From: Spirochaetaceae bacterium
GTDB taxonomy: Bacteria; Spirochaetota; Spirochaetia; DSM-2461
DNA: 64,000 nt
Assembly: GCA_051531975.1 (NCBI GenBank)
Contig: JAOPTT010000005.1
Location: forward strand, 288,001-352,000
Direction of reading: 5' to 3'
A model generated the notes under the pieces. The model ran no database searches. It was given only the letters and a program-made list of their open reading frames with translations, and was not told the origin of the DNA. The first letter of the stretch is position 1. The number at the start of each line of letters is the position of its first letter. Position numbers and translations under genes: made by a program. Positions 51,209 to 60,934 of this stretch are shown here, piece by piece.

Positions 51209-52306
51209 ATGGGATTAAACTGTGGAATAGTAGGACTACCAAACGTTGGTAAGTCAACAATTTTTAGTGCATTAACTTCAGCTCCAGCAGAGGCTGCTAA
51301 CTACCCCTTTTGTACTATAGACCCAAATGTAGGTATTGTAGATGTTCCAGATAAGAGATTAAAAAAGATAGCTGCCCTTATTCCTCCACAAAAGTTAATT
51401 GCTGCAAGTGTTGAGTTTGTAGACATAGCTGGTTTAGTTAAAGGGGCTAGTAAAGGTGAGGGTTTAGGTAATAAATTTTTAGCTAATATTAGAGAAACTG
51501 GTGTTATCATCCATGTTGTACGGTGTTTTGAAGATGCAGATGTTATTCATGTTGATAATAAAATTGATCCAGCTTCAGACATTGAAACAATTAACCTAGA
51601 GTTAGCTTTTTCTGATTTAGATAGTGTTGAAAAAAGAATGCAAAAGACTATAAAACTTGTTAGATCTAACGATTCTGATGCAAAAAAACTTATGCCTTTA
51701 TTAGAAAAGTTAAAAGCTGCACTAGAAAATGGTGAACCTGCAAGAAGTTTAGAGTTTACCGATTCAGAGATGGAAATAGTTAGACCTCTACACTTAATTA
51801 CAATGAAAAAGGTACTATACGTTTGTAATATCGATGAAGATGCTCTGCATGAGGATAATAATCATGTAACAGTTGTTAGAGAGATTGCAGCAAAAGAAAA
51901 TGCAAGAGCTGTTAAGATTTGTGGTCAGTTAGAAGCTGAAATTGCTGAACTTGAAACTGAGGTCGAGAAAGAAGAATTTTTAGCAGATGCTGGTTTAGAT
52001 GAGTCTGGTTTATCCCACTTAATTCACGAAGGTTACGCTATGTTAGGTTTAAGAACATATTTTACAGCAGGTGAAATTGAAGTAAGGGCTTGGACATATA
52101 AAGAAGGTGATAAAGCTCCACAGGCCGCTGGTGTTATACATACTGACTTTGAAAAAGGATTTATTAAAGCTGAAGTTTACCACTGTGATGATCTATTTGA
52201 CTTAGAGAGTGAAGCTAATATTAAATCTAAAGGAAAACTTCGAATAGAGGGTAAAGAGTATGTTGTTAAAGATGGCGATGTAATGCATTTTAGATTTAAC
52301 GTATAA
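51209..52306 (+). CDS. ychF: Ribosome-binding ATPase YchF
   Basis: GIVGLPNVGKST, ANYPFCTI, DIAGLV and EGKEYVVKDGDV motifs. Confidence 0.97.
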   Translation: MGLNCGIVGLPNVGKSTIFSALTSAPAEAANYPFCTIDPNVGIVDVPDKRLKKIAALIPPQKLIAASVEFVDIAGLVKGASKGEGLGNKFLANIRETGVIIHVVRCFEDADVIHVDNKIDPASDIETINLELAFSDLDSVEKRMQKTIKLVRSNDSDAKKLMPLLEKLKAALENGEPARSLEFTDSEMEIVRPLHLITMKKVLYVCNIDEDALHEDNNHVTVVREIAAKENARAVKICGQLEAEIAELETEVEKEEFLADAGLDESGLSHLIHEGYAMLGLRTYFTAGEIEVRAWTYKEGDKAPQAAGVIHTDFEKGFIKAEVYHCDDLFDLESEANIKSKGKLRIEGKEYVVKDGDVMHFRFNV

Positions 52307-52799
52307 TAATATTAAATGATATATGAATAAGAGTTGCTAATAAAAAGTACCTCTTGTTTATTACTGCTTTAGATAATAGAACTGCTGTTACCAGGTGTAA
52401 TGGCAGTGTTATTACAGTTCTTATTACCGCTAAATTAGGGTTTCCAATAGATAGATAAAGAGTTTCAGTTAAAGCAAAACCTCCACCAATAAAAAGAGCA
52501 TAAACAGCTCTATGTTTAATCTTTAGGAGTTTATCTATTCCTATGAATTTATATCCTTCTTCAGTTAGTGCTGAGATTATCTGATAAACTAATACTGGTA
52601 CTGGTTCTGGAATAGCCATTATAAAAATTATCCCTATTAACTTTATAGTAAATAGGGATGGGATAGTTAATATCATTCCAATAGAAAGACTTAATAATAC
52701 CCACTTTGTTTCTACTTTAAACATAGGTTTCACAATTGCAAAAATTAGCAAAAGTACTAACACTGTTGGTAGGATAATGGATATTATCTCTTTTATCAT
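52296..52799 (-). CDS. Short PrsW-family intramembrane protease
   Basis: TM protein with EExxK, GFAxxE and conserved His motifs. Confidence 0.65.
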   Translation of the reverse strand: MIKEIISIILPTVLVLLLIFAIVKPMFKVETKWVLLSLSIGMILTIPSLFTIKLIGIIFIMAIPEPVPVLVYQIISALTEEGYKFIGIDKLLKIKHRAVYALFIGGGFALTETLYLSIGNPNLAVIRTVITLPLHLVTAVLLSKAVINKRYFLLATLIHISFNIIIR

Positions 52800-53857
52800 T
52801 TTATTGCATTTTTAAGGTAGCTAATAAACCTCTGATTTTGTTCTTTAGAACCTATAGTCACTCTAATATGGTTTGGAAGACCAAAAGAAGTACAGCTTCT
52901 AATTGTCATTCCCTGTTCTAAAATTGAGTTATAAATCTCTTTACTATCTTTTTTAACATCAATACAGATAAAGTTAGCACCGGTTTTGTAATAAAACATC
53001 CCCATGTTATCTAACTCTTTATATAGATATTCTCTACCCTGCTTGTTCATAGCTAAAGATTGTTCTACAAAATCTGTATCAGATAGTGCTGCTAACCCCC
53101 CGGTTTGAGCTGCCTGATTAACATTAAAAGGTTGTTTTGATCTCCATAGGTTCTCTATTAAATCTTGGTTACCAAATGCGTAACCCAACCGTAATGATGC
53201 TAAACCATAAATTTTAGAAAATGTTTTTAATATTAGTAAATTAGGATAGTTATTTATCTCCCTAATACATGAATAATAGTCCTCAGCACCATATTCACCA
53301 TAAGCTTCATCTACAACAACAAGAATGTCTTTTGGTACACTCTGTATAAAATCTAGGATCTGTTTTTTGGGCAGATAAGTTCCTGTTGGATTATTAGGGT
53401 TACAGATATATAAAATTTTAGTATTTTTATCTACTAACTCTAACATAGCTTTTTTATCAAAAGTACCATTTACTAATGGAGCTTTTCTAATCTCTCCATC
53501 TGTAACTAATGTACTAAATGTATATTCTGAGAATGTATTTAAAGCAGTTACTGCATTATCATTTTTTCCAATAAGACATAGAGATGGCCACATTAAAATT
53601 TCATCTGAACCATTACCCACTATTACATTTTCTGGTAATAAGTGATGTTTTTTAGCAATAGCTTCCCGTAAAGCTTTACAACTACCATCTGGATATACAC
53701 TGTAGTTATCAATTTGCTGAATAGCTTTTATCGCCATAGGACTAGACCCTAATGGGTTTTCGTTAGAGGCAAGCTTCTCTTTTCCCTCAATTTTTATACC
53801 AGGGACATAGGGTGGAATCGCTTTGATGTTCTCTTTAAAAATCACTTTTTTCTCCAT
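52796..53857 (-). CDS. hisC: Histidinol-phosphate aminotransferase
   Basis: KLASNENP, GNGSDE, NPNNPTG, DEAY and TFSKIYGLASLRLGY motifs. Confidence 0.93.
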   Translation of the reverse strand: MEKKVIFKENIKAIPPYVPGIKIEGKEKLASNENPLGSSPMAIKAIQQIDNYSVYPDGSCKALREAIAKKHHLLPENVIVGNGSDEILMWPSLCLIGKNDNAVTALNTFSEYTFSTLVTDGEIRKAPLVNGTFDKKAMLELVDKNTKILYICNPNNPTGTYLPKKQILDFIQSVPKDILVVVDEAYGEYGAEDYYSCIREINNYPNLLILKTFSKIYGLASLRLGYAFGNQDLIENLWRSKQPFNVNQAAQTGGLAALSDTDFVEQSLAMNKQGREYLYKELDNMGMFYYKTGANFICIDVKKDSKEIYNSILEQGMTIRSCTSFGLPNHIRVTIGSKEQNQRFISYLKNAIK

Positions 53858-53880
53858 TTCGTATTTATTTTAAAAAATTT

Positions 53881-53908
53881 TGTAACTTTTTCATAGCTCG
53901 GTTGTCTA
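53881..53908 (+). promoter_or_regulatory. Candidate ECF sigma promoter
   Basis: TGTAAC-16-TGTCTA (also readable as GTAACTT-16-TCTAT). Confidence 0.5.
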
Positions 53909-53914
53909 TATAGT

Positions 53915-53988
53915 TAAACAACATAGCAAATTTTGTTTCAAATTACTCCTTTTATTTTAGATCCTGCTGTTAGCAGGGTCTTTTTTTT
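53915..53988 (+). ncRNA. Candidate sRNA B (anti-RBS core + terminator)
   Basis: Core AAAUUUUGUUUCAAAUUACUCCUUUU, then GAUCCUGCUGUUAGCAGGGUC and U8. Lies between divergent genes. Confidence 0.55.
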
Positions 53989-54000
53989 CTTATAAATTTA

Positions 54001-54029
54001 TAGATAAATACTTATCAACGCTGTATGAT
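54001..54029 (+). promoter_or_regulatory. sigma70 promoter of fhs
   Basis: TAGATA-17-TATGAT downstream of the sRNA B terminator. Confidence 0.55.
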
Positions 54030-54060
54030 TAAAGTAAATTAAATAATTAAGAGGTTTTTT

Positions 54061-55815
54061 ATGTCAGTAGAAAGAATTAAACCGGTACCTAGCGACCTGG
54101 ATATTGCACAATCTGCAGTAGTTAAACCAATAAACCAAATAGCAGAAAAATTTGGTATTAAAAGTGAAGATTTAATATTGTACGGGCATCATAAGGCTAA
54201 AGTTAAATTAAGTGCTCTGAAATCAGGTAATAAAAAAGCAAAATATATAGATGTTACAGCAATAACACCAACTCCATTAGGAGAGGGTAAAACAACAACA
54301 ACTGTTGGATTAGCTGATGGTATTGCAAAACTTGGTAAAAAAGCAGCATGTGCTATAAGACAACCATCAATGGGACCTACTTTTGGTATTAAAGGTGGAG
54401 CAGCTGGTGGTGGTTATTCACAAATTGTTCCTATGGAAGATTTTAATCTGCATCTAACAGGTGATTTACACGCAATAACTGCTGCCCATAATTTATGTGC
54501 TGCTGCAATTGATGCAAGACTTCACCATGAAAGCAGATGGAGTGACGCTTTTTTTGAAAAAAGAGGTCTAAAAAAATTAAACATAGAACCAACAACTATA
54601 ACTTGGAATAGAGTTGTAGATATAAACGATAGAAGTTTAAGAAATATAACAATTGGTAAAGGTGGATTAGGTGATGGCCCTGTTAGAGAGGCACACTTTG
54701 ATATAACTGTAGCCAGTGAACTTATGGCAATTTTAGCTCTTACATCTGGATTAAAGGATATGAGAGAGAGAATTGGTAAAATTGTTGTTGCGATGGATAA
54801 AAAGAAGAACCCAATAACAACTGAAGATATTGGTGTTGCCGGTGCTATGACTGTTTTAATGAAGGATACAATTGAACCAAATATTATGCAGACAATGGAA
54901 GAGAACTTAGCATTTGTACATGCTGGACCTTTTGCAAATATTGCCCACGGGAACTCATCTATTATAGCTGATAAAATAGCTAGTAGATATTGTGACTATT
55001 TAGTTACAGAGTCTGGTTTTGCATCTGATATTGGAATGGAGAAGTTTTTTGATATTAAATGTCGGCAAAGTGGTTTAGTTCCAGATGCCGTAGTTCTTGT
55101 TGCAACCGTTAGAGCTCTTAAAATGCATGGTGGTGGCCCTACAGTTACTCCAGGTAGAGATCTGGACATTGTATACAAAGAGGAGCACTTAGAGCTGTTA
55201 ACAGAAGGATGTCAAAACATGGCAGCCCACATAAATATAGCAAAAAAGTTTGGTATTCCTGTTGTTGTTGCAATAAACCAGTTCCATACGGATACTGCTG
55301 CTGAGTTAGAATTAGTTAGAAAGTTAGCAAAAGAGGCAGGGGCATACGATGCTGTAGTTACAAACCACTGGGCAGAAGGTGGGGATGGATCTAAAGAACT
55401 AGCCAAAGTTGTAGTTGAAGCCTGTGATCATGAAAAAGACTTTAAGTTTTTATACAGTTTAGATCTATCAATAAAAGAAAAAATCGAAACATTAGCAAGG
55501 GAAGTATATGGTGCTGATGGGGTAGAGTACTCAGCTGATGCTTTAACAAAAATAGAGCAGTATGAAAAACTTGGTTATGGTAAATTCCCTATCTGTATGG
55601 CTAAAAGTCACCTATCTTTAAGTCATGATCCAAAACTTAAAAATGTTCCTAAAGGTTTTATATTCCCAATAACAGATATAAGAGCAAGTGTTGGTGCTGG
55701 ATTTTTATATCCATTAGCAGGGGATGTTAGAACAATGCCTGGATTATCAAGTAAGCCAGCTTTTATGAATATAGATATAGATACAGAGACAGGAAAAATT
55801 ACAGGACTTTTCTAA
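54061..55815 (+). CDS. fhs: Formate--tetrahydrofolate ligase
   Basis: [34 protein letters not shown] and TMPGL motifs. Confidence 0.97.
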   Translation: MSVERIKPVPSDLDIAQSAVVKPINQIAEKFGIKSEDLILYGHHKAKVKLSALKSGNKKAKYIDVTAITPTPLGEGKTTTTVGLADGIAKLGKKAACAIRQPSMGPTFGIKGGAAGGGYSQIVPMEDFNLHLTGDLHAITAAHNLCAAAIDARLHHESRWSDAFFEKRGLKKLNIEPTTITWNRVVDINDRSLRNITIGKGGLGDGPVREAHFDITVASELMAILALTSGLKDMRERIGKIVVAMDKKKNPITTEDIGVAGAMTVLMKDTIEPNIMQTMEENLAFVHAGPFANIAHGNSSIIADKIASRYCDYLVTESGFASDIGMEKFFDIKCRQSGLVPDAVVLVATVRALKMHGGGPTVTPGRDLDIVYKEEHLELLTEGCQNMAAHINIAKKFGIPVVVAINQFHTDTAAELELVRKLAKEAGAYDAVVTNHWAEGGDGSKELAKVVVEACDHEKDFKFLYSLDLSIKEKIETLAREVYGADGVEYSADALTKIEQYEKLGYGKFPICMAKSHLSLSHDPKLKNVPKGFIFPITDIRASVGAGFLYPLAGDVRTMPGLSSKPAFMNIDIDTETGKITGLF

Positions 55816-55855
55816 AATAACAAACTTGTAATAACCCTGTAATGTAGAATTAATG

Positions 55856-55929
55856 ATAGAGGAATATATTATAGATAGATTTTTTTATTTTACTCCTTTT
55901 TGAGGCCTCCAGTTTGGGGGTCTTTTTTT
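55856..55929 (+). ncRNA. Candidate sRNA C / fhs 3' UTR (anti-RBS core + terminator)
   Basis: Core UAGAUUUUUUUAUUUUACUCCUUUUU, then GAGGCCUCCAGUUUGGGGGUCU and a U tract. Confidence 0.45.
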
Positions 55930-55970
55930 GTATTGTGAATTAATATAAAACAAAAAACTATAGAAGTTAT

Positions 55971-56924
55971 ATGGCAAAAGAGAATCCCCACGACACAATT
56001 TTTAAACAGGTAGAATCTATAAAAGAGAACGCTATAGACTTCATTTTAGGAACATTCCCCTCGAAAATCCTTGAGAAACTAGACTTGAAAACTCTAGAAC
56101 TTAAAAACACTTCTTATACTGACCAAAACTTGAAAAAGTACTTCTCAGACTTAGTCTACCACTGTAAATACGGTACAAACAAAGTAAACATCTCCCTACT
56201 TTTTGAACACAAGAGTTATTTTGTAGAATACCCACATCTGCAACTACTAAGATACATACTAAACATTCAGGAAAGTAGATTAAAAGAGAAAGAACCATTA
56301 ATCCCTGTAATCCCAGTAATATTCTATCATGGAGAGAAAAAATGGATAAAAAAGGACTTTTATTACTACTTTAATTATTTAGATTCTGATCTCAAACAAT
56401 ACATTCCAAACTTCGACTATATATTAACAGATATATCAAAGTACGATGATAACAAGATAATAACTGAACTATTTAAAAGAGAGGCTAACAAAATATTAAT
56501 GTTATTCATGAAAAATATAAAAGATGAAGAGAAATTAATGAACTCATTGTATGATATACTTAAATTAGGCAGAGGTTATTATGCAACAGAAGAGGGGAAA
56601 AGTTTCCTTACTAGCTTAATGCTCTATTTGTTAAAAACAGTAGATCCAGATATTGATGAAGTAGCAAATATATTAGAAAATATAACACATGATGGAGGTG
56701 AGTTAATTATGACTGCAGCGCAAAGACTTGAACTAAGAGGAAAAGAACGTGGCATGGCTGAAGGATTGGCGAAAGGTATGTCTCAAGGTATGACTAAGGG
56801 TATGACTAAGGGTATGACTAAAGGAATAAAAAGAACGGCACATAATATGAAAATAGATGGACTTTCGGTGGAAACTATAAAAAGGTGTACAGGTTTATCT
56901 GAGAAAGAGATAAAAAAACTATAG
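55971..56924 (+). CDS. Rpn/YhgA-like (Transposase_31) PD-(D/E)XK nuclease
   Basis: NPHDTIFK, FSDLVY, LFEHKS, PVIPVIFYHG..W and the typical C-terminal TGLSEKEI. Confidence 0.9.
   Translation: MAKENPHDTIFKQVESIKENAIDFILGTFPSKILEKLDLKTLELKNTSYTDQNLKKYFSDLVYHCKYGTNKVNISLLFEHKSYFVEYPHLQLLRYILNIQESRLKEKEPLIPVIPVIFYHGEKKWIKKDFYYYFNYLDSDLKQYIPNFDYILTDISKYDDNKIITELFKREANKILMLFMKNIKDEEKLMNSLYDILKLGRGYYATEEGKSFLTSLMLYLLKTVDPDIDEVANILENITHDGGELIMTAAQRLELRGKERGMAEGLAKGMSQGMTKGMTKGMTKGIKRTAHNMKIDGLSVETIKRCTGLSEKEIKKL
56709..56924 (+). CDS. Predicted intragenic small Rpn (RpnS antitoxin), 71 aa, in frame
   Basis: Internal SD GGAGGTG (56694-56700), 8 nt before an in-frame ATG (MTAAQRLE...). Confidence 0.7.
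   Translation: MTAAQRLELRGKERGMAEGLAKGMSQGMTKGMTKGMTKGIKRTAHNMKIDGLSVETIKRCTGLSEKEIKKL
56751..56822 (+). repeat. 12-bp tandem repeat (6 units) encoding G-M/L-x-K/E/Q tetrapeptides
   Basis: ggtatgactaag x2 plus degenerate units. Confidence 0.85.
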
Positions 56925-56952
56925 TTATATTTCATATAAACCTAAAGATTAA

Positions 56953-56980
56953 TTATTATCTAAACTGAATTAGATAATAA
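56953..56980. terminator. AT-rich hairpin between convergent rpn and MFS genes
   Basis: ttattatctaa-actgaa-ttagataataa. Confidence 0.5.
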
Positions 56981-57010
56981 GATTAACCTTTAAATTGTTT
57001 TGCATAGTTA

Positions 57011-58231
57011 TTAATTAGATTTTAAGAATTCTTTTACTTCCTGGCTAAAAATCAGAGAGACTCCTAGAATAGAACCAAGCATAAGAGAACAGAATATCAC
57101 ATATTTAACAGGGAATATTTCACCTAAGATTCCACCTAATGATAAACCAATAGGAATGAAGCTTGTAAGCAGTACACCAATAAATCCTAGAACCTTCCCT
57201 CGCATTCCAAATGGGATAACTTTTTGGAGGAAACTTCGAAGCATTACATTAACAAGGGCATTAATAAAAAGAGATAAAAACATAAAGATTAACATAAGAT
57301 AAAAGCCCCCGAAAAGTGGAACTAGAGCCATTAATAGACTCTGGAATATAAATGAAAATATAAAGATCGAAGCCCGTTTAGTTTGTGGTATAGTATAAAA
57401 CACTAGTATAATCATCGCCAGTAAGCCTCCAGATGCACTTACTGCCTGAAATATTCCAAATTTCTCTGGTCCTAACCATAGTTGTTCCTTAAAAAAGGGA
57501 AGAAATAGAACTTCAGCAACAACAAAAGTGAAATTTTGTAACGCGGCTACTATTATGAAATATCTAAGTACTTTATGTTCCCATAAATATTTAGCACCTT
57601 CCTTAAGATCTTCCTGGAATTTCTTCTGATTATTCTCTTTGTGTACTTGGGGTATAGAAATAAAACTTTCCGATAGGGCAGATAGTAAATAAGATACTCC
57701 ATTAGCGATAAAAAGAATGGGGGCTCCTAGAATTGTAAATAGGAAACCAGCCATAGCTTTGCCAATTATTTTACCTCCCCCCTGTATCATACTGTTAAGT
57801 GAATTAGCTCTGTCTAGGGAGTCTGATGGAACTATATCTGGGATACTAGATCCAGAGGCTGGGTAAAAGAAGCTACTACAGGTTCCAATAATTATCGATA
57901 TAATCATTACTCCCCATATAGGTAACAGATTCAATAATGCTAATATTCCACCAACTAAGACAGATATTCCTCTAATTAGATCTGTAAAAACAATTATTCT
58001 TTTTCTATCATGACGATCAACATAGGTCCCAGCAAAGATTCCAACTAATATTTGAGGGACAAAACCTGCTGCCATAACAAGACTCATAGTGGCTGTTGAC
58101 CCTGTTTTATCTAGAACCCAGAAACCCAGAGCGAATTGGTAAAGCATATCTCCGATAAAAGAGACAAGACTTCCCTGCCAAAGTAGAAAGAAATTTTTAT
58201 TCCATAATTTGCTAATTTCATTATTTTTCAT
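57011..58231 (-). CDS. MFS efflux transporter (DHA3/MefA-like)
   Basis: WNKNFFLLWQG, AGTYVDRHDRKRI and 12 TM helices. Confidence 0.9.
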   Translation of the reverse strand: MKNNEISKLWNKNFFLLWQGSLVSFIGDMLYQFALGFWVLDKTGSTATMSLVMAAGFVPQILVGIFAGTYVDRHDRKRIIVFTDLIRGISVLVGGILALLNLLPIWGVMIISIIIGTCSSFFYPASGSSIPDIVPSDSLDRANSLNSMIQGGGKIIGKAMAGFLFTILGAPILFIANGVSYLLSALSESFISIPQVHKENNQKKFQEDLKEGAKYLWEHKVLRYFIIVAALQNFTFVVAEVLFLPFFKEQLWLGPEKFGIFQAVSASGGLLAMIILVFYTIPQTKRASIFIFSFIFQSLLMALVPLFGGFYLMLIFMFLSLFINALVNVMLRSFLQKVIPFGMRGKVLGFIGVLLTSFIPIGLSLGGILGEIFPVKYVIFCSLMLGSILGVSLIFSQEVKEFLKSN

Positions 58232-58267
58232 AGATAATCCTCATGTATGAGTTATATTTAATATCGA

Positions 58268-58332
58268 TGTTAGATTATTTTCTAATATGGATCAAGTGGT
58301 TTTACTGTTATATGTTAGAAATATATCTAACA
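58268..58332. promoter_or_regulatory. Two operator palindromes TTAGA-N6-TCTAA between the divergent MFS and ArsR genes
   Basis: tgttagattattttctaata (58268-58287) and tgttagaaatatatctaaca (58313-58332). Confidence 0.7.
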
Positions 58333-58372
58333 CCTTCTTGATTTCCTACCAAAACTGTTGTAATCTTTTTTC

Positions 58373-59467
58373 ATGAAACTGATAAATAGTGAAATAGTAG
58401 ATTTTATTGCTGCAATGAATCATTTTGCAAATAGGAATAAACAACTACAAAACAGCTATCCTGGTATACCTGAACTCGTAGAATGGTGTAGTAAATATGA
58501 AAAAAAACTTTCTCCTTTTTTACTAAATGATATCTCATTATTAATTGAAAAGATGACTTTCCCCTCTATTTATCTTTTTATGATTTATATAAATACATCG
58601 GGAATAGAGAGCGTAGACGATTTTCTCCAAAAGCTAAAATTGATTAATCCTGATGAGTTATTTTGTAATTTCAGGAAAGATTTTTTAGGTGGAAAAAATG
58701 ATGAAATTACTCTAGAACTTCTACAGGATCTATTTCTAAACGAAGGCCTTCACCCTGGATACGATCCGGCAGAAGAGGCAGAACTACTGTTTATCTTTTT
58801 ACAGGACCCAGAAAACTTTCTTCAACGACTTTATAAAACTTATTATGATTTTTATGAATTAGCCTATAAACCGGAGCGCATTAACCTCAAGAAGCTTGAA
58901 TTAAAAAAACTACAGTGGCATCAGAACAGACTAAATGATGATTCAAAAAAATATTTTGAGCAGTTAGGAGTTAATAGCTTTATAAAATCTCTTAGTGAAG
59001 ATGATGAACCTAGGTTATATTTCTCTCTTTTCTCTGATACTTCTAGCTCCTCTTTTTGGGGGTGTCAAACATTAGTTATAGGTGCAGGAACAGATCGACG
59101 AATAATTAATCAGTCAGCTCGGGATAAGAGTAATATATTTTTCTCCTGTTTTGGTGATCCTAAGAGACTTGAAATACTTAGATTAACAGCAAAACGTCCA
59201 TGGTATAGTACAGAGCTTGCTACTCATTTTAAACTTAAGCCCGCAACACTTTCCTATCATATTAATATTTTAGTGAATGCTGATCTTCTGAACATTGTAA
59301 AAGGTGAAGCAAAACGATTTTATTATACTCTGAATAAGAAAGTTATAAAAGATTACCTTGGCTTTGTATCCCAAGATCTACTTGGATTTGATAATGACCT
59401 AAAATATAATAGTGATACATTGGAGATAAAAAATGATCGATTTTACAAAAGCTACTTGGATATGTGA
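58373..59467 (+). CDS. ArsR/SmtB family regulator (C-terminal wHTH, large N-terminal domain)
   Basis: FGDPKRLEILRL...YSTELA..FKLKPATLSYHINIL motif. Confidence 0.85.
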   Translation: MKLINSEIVDFIAAMNHFANRNKQLQNSYPGIPELVEWCSKYEKKLSPFLLNDISLLIEKMTFPSIYLFMIYINTSGIESVDDFLQKLKLINPDELFCNFRKDFLGGKNDEITLELLQDLFLNEGLHPGYDPAEEAELLFIFLQDPENFLQRLYKTYYDFYELAYKPERINLKKLELKKLQWHQNRLNDDSKKYFEQLGVNSFIKSLSEDDEPRLYFSLFSDTSSSSFWGCQTLVIGAGTDRRIINQSARDKSNIFFSCFGDPKRLEILRLTAKRPWYSTELATHFKLKPATLSYHINILVNADLLNIVKGEAKRFYYTLNKKVIKDYLGFVSQDLLGFDNDLKYNSDTLEIKNDRFYKSYLDM

Positions 59468-60062
59468 GCCACAAAAATATGAGATTACGACAGAAAAAGT
59501 GGTTATTACAACTGAACCAGAAACAGATTTATGGCAACGCTCATTTTATGGTTTTAGGAATGATAATGCACCTAGTTTATTAGTTAAATCAAGTGATAAT
59601 TTCACTTTCACAACAAGAGTTGATTTTGAGTATAAAGAGCTGTTTGATCAGTGTGGTGTCATTGTTTATTTTGATAGTGATAATTGGTTCAAGGCATCAA
59701 TAGAGTTTGAAAATTCAGAATTTTCTCGGATAGGTAGCGTTGTAACTAATATGGGATATTCAGATTGGGCGACAACAGATATTACTTTACCAGCTTTTGT
59801 TTGGTATCGGTTAAGTAGAAGAGGAGCAGATTTTTTAATTGAATCTTCATTTGATGGTATAACTTTTAATCAAGTGAGAATTTTCCATCTACATAAACTT
59901 GGAGAGACTACACAAGAAATGGGTAGATCCAATCCACCTTTACCAGTAGAACAACCAGTACGATTTGGTCTTTATGCTTGCAGTCCACTAAAATCTTCTT
60001 TTACAGCAACATTTACAGATATGAAACTAGAGGCATGTAAATGGGTGGCACACAGCGTATAG
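59433..60062 (+). CDS. DUF1349 domain protein (concanavalin-like)
   Basis: TDLWQRSFYGF..DNAP, FDQCG, WFKASIE, GYSDW and YACSP motifs. Confidence 0.85.
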   Translation: MIDFTKATWICEPQKYEITTEKVVITTEPETDLWQRSFYGFRNDNAPSLLVKSSDNFTFTTRVDFEYKELFDQCGVIVYFDSDNWFKASIEFENSEFSRIGSVVTNMGYSDWATTDITLPAFVWYRLSRRGADFLIESSFDGITFNQVRIFHLHKLGETTQEMGRSNPPLPVEQPVRFGLYACSPLKSSFTATFTDMKLEACKWVAHSV

Positions 60063-60073
60063 TTGATTTATCC

Positions 60074-60112
60074 AAATCTAAAAGACCCCAAATAGTGAGG
60101 TCTTTTAGATTT
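60074..60112. terminator. Bidirectional terminator
   Basis: aaatctaaaagacc...ggtcttttagattt, a 14-bp inverted repeat. Confidence 0.8.
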
Positions 60113-60934
60113 TTATCCTTTAACTGAACCAGCAGTTAAACCTTGAATAAATTGTTTAGACATTAAAAGATAAAGACCCATTACAGGTATAGCTGATAAA
60201 GTTAATACAGCTAATATTCTTGACCAATCCGTCTGATACTGACCAAATAATCTAGTAACACCAAGTATTAAAGTTTTATGTTTCTCATCAGAGATAAACA
60301 GAAGTGGGAACCATAGATCATTCCATAAAGGGACAAGATTAAGTATTGCAACTGTTCCTAATGCAGGTCGTAATAATGGAACAATAATTGTTACAAATAT
60401 TCTTGATCTTCTAGCTCCATCTATTAATGCAGCTTCTGTTAATGACTCTGGTATCTGCCTAATAAACTCAGTTAATACAAATGTTGCCATTGGTAAACCC
60501 ATTGCTATATAGATTGGGAATAGACTGTAATAAGTATTAAGTAGATTTAAACTTTTAATAATTTGTAGCAGATTTATACTACCAATTCTAAGGGGAACCA
60601 TTAAACCAGCTAAAAAGAATAGATGTATCCATTTAGATAATTTACTTTTCCAGTTTGCCATAGCATAAGCTGCTAATGAACCAAAAACTAATATACATAT
60701 AATTGAACCTACAGTTACAACCAAACTATTTTTAAAGTATATTAAAAAATCACTATCTTGAAATACTGTTTGATAACTTCCAAAATTCCATTTTGTTGGC
60801 AGACCAAAAGGGTCTTTATAAATACTTAGTCTAAACTTAAACGAGTTTATAACCATGGTCCAAATTGGAAATAGTACAATTAATGTCCATATGCTTAAAA
60901 CTGAATATGAGAGTGCTTGTTTTTTCTTTATCAT
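60113..60934 (-). CDS. Carbohydrate ABC transporter permease (MalG-like)
   Basis: EAALIDGA loop, WNDL and GLTAGSVKG motifs. Confidence 0.93.
   Translation of the reverse strand: MIKKKQALSYSVLSIWTLIVLFPIWTMVINSFKFRLSIYKDPFGLPTKWNFGSYQTVFQDSDFLIYFKNSLVVTVGSIICILVFGSLAAYAMANWKSKLSKWIHLFFLAGLMVPLRIGSINLLQIIKSLNLLNTYYSLFPIYIAMGLPMATFVLTEFIRQIPESLTEAALIDGARRSRIFVTIIVPLLRPALGTVAILNLVPLWNDLWFPLLFISDEKHKTLILGVTRLFGQYQTDWSRILAVLTLSAIPVMGLYLLMSKQFIQGLTAGSVKG

Noticed and set aside
53860..54060. ZTP or THF riboswitch ahead of fhs, or a His attenuator ahead of hisC
   Set aside because: No ZTP/THF consensus blocks and no His-rich leader peptide; fhs has a promoter downstream of the terminator.
55930..57000. 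Rpn gene as an insertion sequence
   Set aside because: No terminal inverted repeats or target duplication seen; the family is not a demonstrated transposase.
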